Shown: piece after piece, positions 54,134-64,000 of the stretch
Layout: every line of letters begins with the position of its first letter
How positions within the stretch are numbered: the first letter of the stretch is position 1
Source: an uncultured Gemmatimonadaceae bacterium
GTDB taxonomy: Bacteria > Gemmatimonadota > Gemmatimonadetes > Gemmatimonadales > Gemmatimonadaceae
DNA length: 64,000 nucleotides
Reading direction: 5' to 3'
Assembly (NCBI GenBank): GCA_963716745.1
Contig: OY970320.1
Location: 3,228,297-3,292,296, forward strand
Notes under the pieces: generated by a model
The model's input: the letters and a program-made list of their open reading frames with translations, nothing else
Database searches by the model: none
Told to the model about the DNA's origin: nothing
Made by a program: the position numbers and the translations under genes

Positions 54134-54271
54134 TCGCGCACACTCTCGATTAACGGTGTGTAATGTTCCCGCCGCACGGAGCGACACGCAAGCCGCGGCC
54201 ACTGGCGTAGCCCGAACACGCGCCGCAATTTTGCCTCGAACGAATCCCCTCTCACCGTGTGATCCATCGCC

Positions 54272-56556
54272 ATGCATTCGTCTCTCGCCATCACTCCTGC
54301 TCGCGCTCAGCGGGCTCGCGCTCATTCCGTCGCGCGCCCGCGCCCGAACCGCTCCCGCTCCGCGGCTTCACCGCCGCCTCGGGCAAGACGGAGCGCGACT
54401 GGGAAGCCAAGTTCATGGCGATCCCGGATCCCGCGAAGATGCGCGCGAACATGGAACTCCTCGCCGCGCATCCCCATCACGTGGGTTCGCCATACGACAA
54501 GCAGAACGCCGAGTGGATCCTCGCGCAGTACAAGTCCTACGGCTGGGACGCGCACATCGAGATCGTTCGACGTGCTCTTCCCGACGCCGCTCGAGCGCCT
54601 CGTGGAGATGACGGGGCCGGTGAAGTACACGGCGAAACTGCAGGAGCCCGTCGTGCCGCAGGATCCGACCACGGCGCAGACGAAAGAGCAGCTGCCCACG
54701 TACAACGCGTACTCGATCGACGGCGACGTCACCGGGCCGCTCGTGTTCGTGAACTACGGCGTGCCGGCCGACTACGACGAGCTCGCGCGGCGCGGCATCT
54801 CGGTGAAGGGCGCGATCGTGATCGCGAAGTACGGCGGCTCGTGGCGCGGCATCAAGCCGAAGGTCGCCGCCGAGCACGGTGCGATCGGATGCCTCATCTA
54901 TTCCGATCCGGGCGACGACGGCTACGCCGGCGGCGCGGTGTTCCCGGCGGGTCCGATGCGTCCGAGCCAGGGCGTGCAGCGCGGCAGTGTCGCCGACATG
55001 CCGACGTACGCCGGCGATCCGCTCACGCCCGGCGTCGGCGCGACGAAGGATGCGAAGCGCCTCGCGCTCAAGGATGTCACAACGCTCACGAAGATCCCCG
55101 TGCTGCCGATCTCCTACGGCGATGCGCAGCCGATGCTCGAAGCGATGGGCGGCCCCGTGGCGCCCGTGACGTGGCGCGGCGGACTGCCCATCACGTATCG
55201 GCTCGGCTCGGGCCCCGCGATGGTGCATCTCAAGGTGAAGTTCGACTGGAGCCTCAAGCCGCTGTACGACGTGATCGCGAAGCTGCCCGGCAGCTCCGAA
55301 GCGGATCAGTGGGTGATCCGCGGCAATCATCACGACGGCTGGGTGAACGGCGCCGAGGATCCGATCTCGGGGCAGGTGGCCGAGCTCGAGGAAGCGCGCG
55401 CGATGGGCGATTCTGTACAAGCAGGGATGGCGCCCCAAGCGCACGATCATCTACGCGGCGTGGGATGGCGAAGAGCCGGGATTGCTCGGTTCCACCGAGT
55501 GGGTGGAGACGCACGCGGATGAACTGAAGGCGCATGCGGCCGTGTACATCAACACCGATACCAACGATCGCGGGTATTTCTTCGCGGGCGGCTCGCACAC
55601 GCTCGAGGGTTTCGTGAACGGCGTCGAGCGCGACGTGTGGGACCCCGAGTCGAAAGTCTCGGTGTTCGAGCGCAACAAGGCGTTGGCCGCGGTGAGTGCG
55701 ATCGACGGCGATGCCGGCGAGGATGCCGACGCGGTCGAGAGCGCGACCGCGGACCTGCACATCGCCGCACTCGGGTCGGGTTCCGATTTCACGCCGTTCT
55801 TGCAGCATCTTGGCGTGGCGTCGCTCAATGTGGGCTACGGTGGCGAGGACGATGGCGGCATCTACCACTCGATCTACGACGACTTCTACTGGTACACGCA
55901 TTTCAGCGACACGTCGTTCGTCTACGGCAAGTCGATGTCGCAGACCGTGGGCATCGCGATGATGCGGCTGGCCGATGCGGATGTGCTGCCCTTCGGCTTC
56001 AATACGCTGAGTGCCACGGCGCGTCGCTATACGAAACAGCTCCAGGCGCTGCGCGGCACGCGCGCGGCGAAGATCGCGGAGCGGAATCAAGCGATCGCGA
56101 GCGGCTACTACGCGATGACGAACGATCCGCGCGATCCGTCCAGCGCGCCGCCGGTGCAGGTGCGCTCCGCCTGAGTTCAATTTCTCGCCACTGCTGAACG
56201 CGCTCGATACGCTCGACCGCGCGGCGTCGCGCTATGAGGCGGCGTACGCGAAGTGGAACGGCGGCTCGAGCGCCGATGCGGCGACGCTGACGGCAGTGAA
56301 CGCGCAGCTCATTCAAGCGGAGCGCGCAATGACGTCGAGCGACGGTTTGCCGCGGCGGCCGTGGTTCCAGCATTTGTTGTACGCGCCGGGCTACTACACG
56401 GGATACGGCGTGAAGACGATGCCGGGCGCGCGCGAAGCGATGGATCAGGGGCAGTGGAGCGATGTGGACGCGCAGATCGTGCGCATCGCGGCGGCGCTGC
56501 GCGCGGAGGCGGCGCTGGTGAACAAGGTGGCCGCGACGCTCGAAGGGGCGAAGTGA
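54272..56556 (+). CDS. M28B peptidase (glutamate carboxypeptidase II / TfR-like); several frameshifts
   Basis: PA domain; GNHHDGW, GAEDP, WDGEE.GLLGS, YINTD, GSDF, YHS; RRPWFQHLLYAPG. Confidence 0.9.
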
Positions 56557-59500
56557 CGAACGCCGCGCGGGCGGCCGCGCTGATCGCGCTCGCCCTCGCG
56601 GCGGCCGTGCCGTGCGCGCTGCCGGCGCAGCAGCCGCCGGCGGACGCGTACGCCGGAATGCGCTGGCGGTTGATCGGCCCCTTTCGCGGCGGGCGCGCGC
56701 TCGCGGTGGCGGGCGTGCCCGGCAACGCGAGCACGTTCTACTTCGGTTCGGTGGACGGCGGCGTGTGGCGCACCGTGAACGCGGGCGTCACATGGGAGCC
56801 GCTGTTCGATGCGCAGCAAATATCATCGGTGGGCGCGATCGCCGTCGCGCCATCGAACGCGAACGTGATCTACGTGGGCACCGGCGAGAATGCGCTGCGC
56901 TCGGACATCACGTTCGGCGCGGGCGTGTACCGCTCGGAGGATGGCGGCGCGCACTGGGAGCATCTCGGGCTCGACGACACGCGGCAGATCGGGAAGATCG
57001 TCGTGAGTCCCGCGAACGCGGATGTCGTGCTCGTCGCCGCACTGGGTCATGCGTACGGGCCCAACGACGAGCGCGGTGTGTTCCGTTCGGTGGATGGCGG
57101 GCACCACTGGACCAAGGTGCTGTTCAAGGACGCCGACACCGGGGCGATCGATCTCGCGCAGGATCCCGTCGATCCGAACGTGATCTATGCGGCACTGTAC
57201 AACGCGCGGCGCACGCCGTGGGCGCAGTATCCGCCGAACGAAGGCGCGGGGAGCGGCATCTACAAGTCGAGCGACGGCGGCGCGACATGGAGCGCGCTCA
57301 CGGGGCACGGACTACCCGACGGCACGCCCGGCAGGATCGGACTCGCCGTCGCGCGCACGGCCACGGGATCGCGCGTGTACGCCGTGATCGGCGCGTCGAA
57401 GGGATCGGGCATGTATCGCTCCGACGATGGCGGCGTGAATTGGCGCCTCGCCGGCAGCGACGCGCGGATCACGAGCCGCAACTGGTATTTCGCGCGCGTG
57501 ACCGTGGATCCGTCGAACGCCGACGTGTTGTACGTGCCGAACGTATCGCTGCTCAGGTCGGCGGATGGCGGCGCGACGTGGCGGCCGGTGCGCGGCGGTC
57601 CGGGCGGCGATGACTATCACGAACTGTGGATCGATCCGCTCGACTCGAAGCGGATGGTCATGGGCAGCGATCAGGGCACGAATATCACCGTGGACGGCGG
57701 CGCGACGTGGAGCAGCTGGTACAATCAGCCCACCGCGCAGTTCTATCACGTGGCGGTGGACGATCGCTTCCCGTACCGCGTGTACGGCGCGCAGCAGGAC
57801 ATTGGCGCGGTGGCGGTGGACAGCCGCGGCGATCTTGGCGCGATCACGTATCGCGACTGGGGCACCGTGGGGCCGGGCGAGAGCGGATACGTGGTGCCCG
57901 ATCCGCTCGATCCGAACATCGTGTACACGGGCAATACGTACGGAGGGCTGCGCCGCTACGAGTGGGCGACGGGACAGTCGCAGGACATCGCGCCGCTGCC
58001 GCTCTCGACGTTCGGCGTGCCGATGCCGCTCAAGAAGCTGCGCTTCACCTGGACGTCGCCGCTCGCGTTCGATCCGTTCGACAAGCACGTGCTGTACTTC
58101 GGCGCGCAGAAACTGCTGGCGACGCGCGACGGCGGGCTGCACTGGACGGCGCTGAGCCCCGATCTCACTGGAGCGAAGACGAGCGCGGCAACGAACGCGC
58201 CGCCAACCGTTGCGAGCGCGGCGGAGCAGGGATGGGGCGTGATCTACACCATCGCCCCTTCGCGCGTGAAGAGAGGCACGATCTGGGTCGGCACCGACGA
58301 CGGGCTCATCCAGGTGACCGTGACGGCGGTAAGCATTGGAAGAATGTGACGCCGGCGGGACTGCCGCCGTGGAGCAAGGTGACGATGCTCGAGGCGTCGC
58401 CATTCGATGCCGCCACTGCGTACGCGGCGGTGGACCGTCACCGTTTGGATGATGTGAGCCCGTGGATCTTTCGCACGCGCGATGGCGGCGCGCATTGGAC
58501 GCGCATCGAGAGCGGCATCGCCGCGAATTCGTACGCGCAGGTGGTGCGGGCCGATCCCGTGAAGCGCGGCCTGCTGTATGCGGGCACCGAACTCGGCGCC
58601 TACGTCTCCTTCGACGACGGCGATCACTGGCGCTCGCTGCAGCTCAATCTTCCAGTGGCGAGCGTACGCGATCTCGTCGTGCACGACAACGATCTCGTGG
58701 CGGCGACGCACGGCCGCTCGTTCTGGATCCTGGACGACGTCACGATCCTGCGCCAGCTGAACGACTCAGCGATGTCGCGCCCGGTGACGCTCTTCGCGCC
58801 CGCGCGCGCCGTGCGAATTCGCCGCAGCGTGAGCGACAACACGCCGGTACCGCCGGAAGAGCCGCACGGTTTCAATCCACCCGCGGGGGCGATCATCGAC
58901 TATTACCTCGCGAAGGCCGCTACGAGTGTGATCATCGAGATCCTCGACGCGCGCGGCTCGATCGTGCGCCGGTACTCGAGCGACGGGGAACTCCCCAAGC
59001 CGACGGAACCGCCGCAGATCGCATCGTACTGGCTCGATCCGCGGGCGCAACCGCCGGGCGCGCAGGCGGGGCACCATCGGTTCGTGTGGGACCTGCGCTA
59101 TCCGCAGCCGCCGGCGGAGATGTACGCGTACACGATGCAAGTGATGGCCGGCGAGGGCGCGGAGACCGAGCCGATGGGTCCGCTCGTGCTGCCCGGATCG
59201 TACCATGTGCGCATGATCGTTGGGAGCGACACGATGATGCGTGCCATCGTGGTGACGAACGATCCGCGCGTGAAGGCGACCGCGGCCGCGCTGCGCTCGC
59301 AGACCGCGCTCTCCCTCGCGATCTGGAACGCGCAGGCGACGCAGTTCGCTCTCGAGCGCGCGGCGCATACGTTGCGCGAGCGCTTGCGCACGATCCCCGC
59401 GGCGACCCTCGATTCCGGTGCGCGCGCCGCGATCATCGAATCTCGGGGCGGCCACCGACAGCATCGAGCACGCGATGGGCGATGATCTCGCGAGCCTGCT

Positions 59501-59711
59501 CTCCACCGTGGAGAGCGCGGACCGCGAGCCGACGCAGCAGGCGCGCGACGCGCTGAAGGAGTCGCAGCTCAAGCTCGCCGCGCTCACGAAGCGCTGGGCC
59601 GCGATCGAGAAGGTGGATCTGCCCCGGCTGAACACCGTGCTGCGTACGCGCGAATTCACACCGGTCGAGTTGCCGCCGACGACGCCGGCGGCTGCGCTAA
59701 CATTGCCCTAG
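56553..59711 (+). CDS. VPS10/BNR-repeat beta-propeller protein; frameshifts near 58320 and 59440
   Basis: WRLIGPFRGGR, Asp-boxes, GGDDYHELW, ATHGRSFWILDD. Confidence 0.87.
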
Positions 59712-59974
59712 CGGAGGAACCGCCGCGCCAGTTGCTCCGTGCGCTCGTCTCCTTCGCGGATCGCCTCCGCGAGGATCTTCTCGACGAAGGGCCGGAGCTT
59801 CGGTTCTCCGAACCGATACCCCGTCGCATTCTCCGCCGATCGCGAATCCCCAACATTCGCCCCCGCGATCAACGCCCGCGCCGCGGCTGCGTCGAAGTCG
59901 GGATCCTCGCGCTTCGGCAGATCGTACTTCGGCTCCGGCTCCGCCGCATCCTCATTGACGAACGCTCGCGACAT
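59708..59974 (-). CDS. Small hypothetical protein
   Basis: MSRAFVNED... 88-aa ORF. Confidence 0.6.
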   Translation of the reverse strand: MSRAFVNEDAAEPEPKYDLPKREDPDFDAAAARALIAGANVGDSRSAENATGYRFGEPKLRPFVEKILAEAIREGDERTEQLARRFLR

Positions 59975-60093
59975 GGAGGCAAACGATTGCTCTCCGGGCG
60001 CTCGAGTGCAATAGTTAGAGACGAGCCACACGTGCACGCATTGGTTCCGGTCCGGTACCGTTCGAGAGGGATTCCCTCGGCTGGAGACCCAAC

Positions 60094-60552
60094 ATGATCA
60101 AGTCGGTCTCGATGGCGATCGTCGGAATGGTCCTTCTGGCGTGCGCCGCCGACGGCGTCACCAATCCCTCCGCCGGAGTGTTGGGTTGCCCACTGCTGGA
60201 AGGAGGATTCGCGCCTTATGGTTGTGCCAAGATCAACGGGGTCGTGCACGGTGTCGGGTCCGGCTCGCCCTATACGTACGTGGACGTATCCGCGTGGCCG
60301 GCACGTCCGGACGAGCTGTGGTGGGCAAGCGATAGTCCCACGGCGCTAGGCGAGAGCGACTACTGGCTGGAGCTCGTACGAAAGCGAGCCGCCACATCGC
60401 AACCAGATACCATGACGGTTAGCCTGGTCTGGTCTGCACTAACGGCCTCGGGGCAGTACGTCCGAGATAGCGTCTTCGTGCTCGTGACGATCGTACCAGC
60501 TCAGTCCTTTGTGAAGCCGTCCACCGTGGATATCACGTTATCCCCATCTTGA
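60094..60552 (+). CDS. Hypothetical lipoprotein
   Basis: RBS GGAG; lipobox LLAC. Confidence 0.65.
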   Translation: MIKSVSMAIVGMVLLACAADGVTNPSAGVLGCPLLEGGFAPYGCAKINGVVHGVGSGSPYTYVDVSAWPARPDELWWASDSPTALGESDYWLELVRKRAATSQPDTMTVSLVWSALTASGQYVRDSVFVLVTIVPAQSFVKPSTVDITLSPS

Positions 60553-61831
60553 TCGCCTTCATCACCGCATCCGTGAACGTGTCGATCTCATCGGCGTCGT
60601 ATAAACGTTCGGCGTGATGCGGATCCCGCTGAACTCGGGATGCCCGATCGGCGTGGTCACGATGTGGTAGTTGCTCGCAGAGCCAGCCGCCGAGCTTCAC
60701 CGAGTCGAGGCCGTCCACGTTGAACAGACAGATCGCGCCGCTCTTGTCGGCCCGATCGGCGTGAGGACGTTCACGCGCTCGCTCTCGGCCAGCAGCCGGT
60801 TCGCCCAGCGGTCACGGAGATAGCGCAGCCGCGCGATCTTCCGGTCGATGCCGATGCCGCGGCTGAACGCGAGCGCCGTGCTCACCGCATTGTAGTTCGC
60901 CTGCGGGTGCGTGCCGATCTGCTCGAACTTCCGGATGTTCGTCCTTGTGCGAGTCGTCCGACGCCCATGAGCGACCAGATCTCGGGATCTTGTTCTTGCG
61001 CACGTAGAGGAATCCCGACGCCGATCGGCGCGAGCGTCCATTTGTGCAGCGACATGCCGTAGTAGTCGCACTCGAGATCGTCGCGCTTGAACGGGAAGTG
61101 GTTGAACGCGTGCGCGCCGTCGACGAGCACCTCGATCCCCAGCGGCCGCGCCATGCGCACGATGTCGCGCACCGGCATGATCTGCCCGGTGAGGTTCGTG
61201 ATGTGCGTGACCTCGATGACCTTCGTGCGCGGCGTGATCGCCGGCGCGGAACTGCTCGACGAGATACGCGTCGCGACGGCGGCGGCACCTTGAACGAGAT
61301 CTGCTTGAGCACGATCCCGTCGCGGCGCACGCGCTGCTGCCACGACGTGATCATGCGCGGATAGTTCTGGTTCGTCGACGATGACTTCGTCGCCCGGCTT
61401 GAGGTCGATGCCGAAGATCATGATCTCGTTCGCCTCGCTCGCGTTGCGCACGACCGCCATCTCCTCGGGGTCGCACCCGAAGTCCTTGCGCGAGATCGCG
61501 GCGCGTGCTCTCCATCCGCGGCTCGAGGATGCGCCACATGTTCTCGACCGGCAGCTCGTTCGTGAAATGCTCGTCGCGAATGAGCTGGTCGAGCACGTGC
61601 GTCGGCGCCGGCGAGATGCCGCCGTTGTTCAGGTTGATCATCGTGCGGTCGATGTCGAACGCGTTCTGGATCTGGCTCCAGTACGATCTCGTCCTGCGCG
61701 ACGTCGGCGGGCGGCCGGTCGCCCGCGATGGCGTTGGCCTTGAAGAGATGGCCAAAGGCGTTCTTCCTCAGAACAGGAGCGACGGCGACGACGCCGGCGA
61801 GGCCTTGTACGAACGAGCGACGCGAGGTCAT
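60533..61831 (-). CDS. Class V PLP aminotransferase (isopenicillin-N-epimerase-like) with Tat-like signal; many frameshifts
   Basis: SRRSF; INLNNGG, RNASEA, VDGAH, SLHKW, FEQIGTHP across frames. Confidence 0.82.
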
Positions 61832-61995
61832 GAAGGGCCAGGGAAGAGGGAACAGGGAAGTGCGAAACGAGCGGGCGGGACGAATATGACGAATCCTCGG
61901 TGCCGCGCTAGTTCCATGCGAGCTTGCTGGCGGCCGTACCAGGGAAGGTGCGCGACATGCTGTCGTGCGGCATCTTGATCGACGGAGGCTGCCCG

Positions 61996-63735
61996 ATGAA
62001 CGGATCTCTGAGAGTCAGGCTCTGGCTGGGGATGATGTCGCTCGCCGCGCTCTCGGGCGCGGAACGCGCCGGCGCGCAGACGCGGGCCGACCCGTGCGCC
62101 GGAATCTCCGTTGCCGTCGCGCGATTCATTGGATCGTGCGCACAGTCCGACTCCGTCGCTCCAGACACATTGTTGGTGCGCGCGGGGCTGAATCCAACGA
62201 TTCACTTCCGCGCAGTCGAGTTTCCCATCCCGGGCGAACCGGGCGCGAAATTGTTCGTATGGACCGCCGACATACGCTTCGCCTTCATCGAGTCACCGCA
62301 TTGGGATCGCTTTGGAATGACCTACGCGGGTCGGATCGGGTGGATCGATCGAACGGCACAGGAGACGCCATTCCATATCGACACCTGCACGGCGCTGTCC
62401 AACGTCTTCCGCCTCCGCTCGACTGACGCGCTGCTCTTCTCCGACCGGTTCGACCAGTCGATCGGGAAAGTCAACTCTTATTTCCAACGGCGATGGCGCG
62501 CTTTTCTCGTCAGCGATTCAACGACGCCGCTCGAGGTGGTGTTGCGCACGCTCCGCCGGGACGCCGGTTCGCTGACGGGCGCGGTTCTCACCAACCCGAG
62601 ACTTCGAGACGATCGGATCTCGTTCGAATGGTGGAAGCGATTCGCCGCGGTCAATTCAAGACTGGCCAAGACCGCGTTCGCCGCCCCATCGATCCGCGAC
62701 AATGCCGAGCGACTCGTCGCGATCGCCGACGCTCCGGCCCTCCGCTACGATTGGGACTTTCAAGAGGAGGTAAGCGAGCGTTTGCGCGCGCTCGCGCCGT
62801 CGCTCGCCGCGGATCCGGCGCCGGTCTCCGAAGCGCTGGCGCTCCATCTGTTCTGGGCCAGCGCCCATCGACCACGCTACGCGGCGGTCATCGCGTCGCT
62901 GCTTCAGGGCAAGCCACCGACCTCGACGCGGATCGTGATGGCGCTCGAGGCATACCCGTTCTACGGCCGTGCCGGCGCGCCTCCAATGCGCGACAGTCTT
63001 CGGCGCCTCGGCACCTCCGCAACCGCGGAACTCTTGACGGCCCTCGATCGCGTCCAGCGCGGCGAGATGTCGGCAACGCCGCTGCTGAATGTGCTCTATC
63101 AAGACATTCCGATGGGAACTTCATACTGGGGAATCACGTTCGCGATGAGCGGTCTGGACGAGCGTTTTCCCAACGAGCGACGCTACGCGGTCGGAAGGCT
63201 CGCCGGCGACTCCGCGACCCCGGATACGATCATCGATCTGTTGTTGCGCAGCATTCGAGTCCGGCCAGACAATCAGATCGCGGGCTGGATGATCTCGAAT
63301 CGGAAGGTGGAGCAGAACGAGAAGTGGCTACGTGAGCTGGCCGCTCTCGATCCAACGTGGTATGGCACGACGCCGGAAGTAGCGGCGCAACTGTTTGCCC
63401 GGCTCACAGCGCTTCCGCCGCCTCCAACCCTTCCGTGGCGGCCCAGGCCGCCCCCGCGGCGCTGCCTCGCGCGCGATGAACGCAGCGATCTTCTCGCCGC
63501 CACGCTCAACGAAGCGCCCGCACTGAGTGAGAGCGACTCGCTCTGCGCGCGCCTCTCCGCCGCGCTCGACTCCCTGTTCATCGTCCCGATCGGGTTCGAC
63601 TCGGTCTACGCGTTTACCACATCGCGCGGCTACTCGGCGGCATTCCCGCCGCCGAGATCGGGGATATCCGTCACGCTCGTAACTTTCGACTCAATGTTCG
63701 TGGAGCGCGCCCGGCGCTCAGTGTTCATCCCATAG
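61996..63735 (+). CDS. Secreted hypothetical protein
   Basis: RBS GGAGG, signal-like N-terminus, long open frame; no family recognised. Confidence 0.6.
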   Translation: MNGSLRVRLWLGMMSLAALSGAERAGAQTRADPCAGISVAVARFIGSCAQSDSVAPDTLLVRAGLNPTIHFRAVEFPIPGEPGAKLFVWTADIRFAFIESPHWDRFGMTYAGRIGWIDRTAQETPFHIDTCTALSNVFRLRSTDALLFSDRFDQSIGKVNSYFQRRWRAFLVSDSTTPLEVVLRTLRRDAGSLTGAVLTNPRLRDDRISFEWWKRFAAVNSRLAKTAFAAPSIRDNAERLVAIADAPALRYDWDFQEEVSERLRALAPSLAADPAPVSEALALHLFWASAHRPRYAAVIASLLQGKPPTSTRIVMALEAYPFYGRAGAPPMRDSLRRLGTSATAELLTALDRVQRGEMSATPLLNVLYQDIPMGTSYWGITFAMSGLDERFPNERRYAVGRLAGDSATPDTIIDLLLRSIRVRPDNQIAGWMISNRKVEQNEKWLRELAALDPTWYGTTPEVAAQLFARLTALPPPPTLPWRPRPPPRRCLARDERSDLLAATLNEAPALSESDSLCARLSAALDSLFIVPIGFDSVYAFTTSRGYSAAFPPPRSGISVTLVTFDSMFVERARRSVFIP

Positions 63736-63807
63736 CGCCTACTCTCTAGCTTCCGCCGTGCGGATTCCCTAGCTTAACATGTTCTAACTGGGGACCTAGG
63801 GCCGGGC

Positions 63808-64000
63808 ATGGCGAGTTCCGTCGACAAGCTGCAAGCCGCGATCGCCGGACGATACGTGATCGAGCGCGAGCTCGGCCGCGGCGGCATGGCCACCGTATAT
63901 CTTGCCCGCGACGTGAAGCACGATCGCCAAGTGGCGATCAAGGTGCTGCTCCCCGAGGTCGGCGTCGCGCTCGGTCCCGAGCGCTTCAAGCGCGAGATCG
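63808..64000 (+). CDS. Ser/Thr kinase, 5' part; runs off the right window edge
   Basis: [33 protein letters not shown]...ERFKREI. Confidence 0.93.
   Translation, partial: MASSVDKLQAAIAGRYVIERELGRGGMATVYLARDVKHDRQVAIKVLLPEVGVALGPERFKREI

Noticed and set aside
59708..59974. GreA/GreB assignment from the MSRAFV start
   Set aside because: Only the first residues resemble that family; no Gre C-terminal domain

Overview
High-GC chromosomal window. Gemmatimonadota is the best guess, inferred from the kinase, ADOP permease and VPS10-like gene content. It carries two HAE1 RND efflux loci, an elongator tRNA-Met, three VPS10/BNR beta-propeller proteins (one fused to a LolA-like domain), and an operon of porin + two Orn/Lys/Arg decarboxylases + two APC antiporters + an orphan solute-binding protein. 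It also has an ECF sigma/anti-sigma pair divergent from a cupredoxin fusion, an apparently four-domain multicopper oxidase, Ca/H and VIT1 transporters, two ADOP permeases, PadR, an M28 peptidase, Ser/Thr kinases and several ORFans. The most striking non-coding signal is a family of four ~155-180 bp long-arm palindromic elements (26680, 28649, 31327, 43524) with compensatory changes, each at the 3' end of a gene. Also notable are a 31-bp perfect inverted repeat built from GGGAAGC heptamers and a stand-alone Hcp-like gene with an N-terminal signal peptide. Many genes carry single-base frameshifts in clusters, most likely long-read consensus errors, so joined gene models are provisional. All family calls come from motif recognition by eye; no searches were run.
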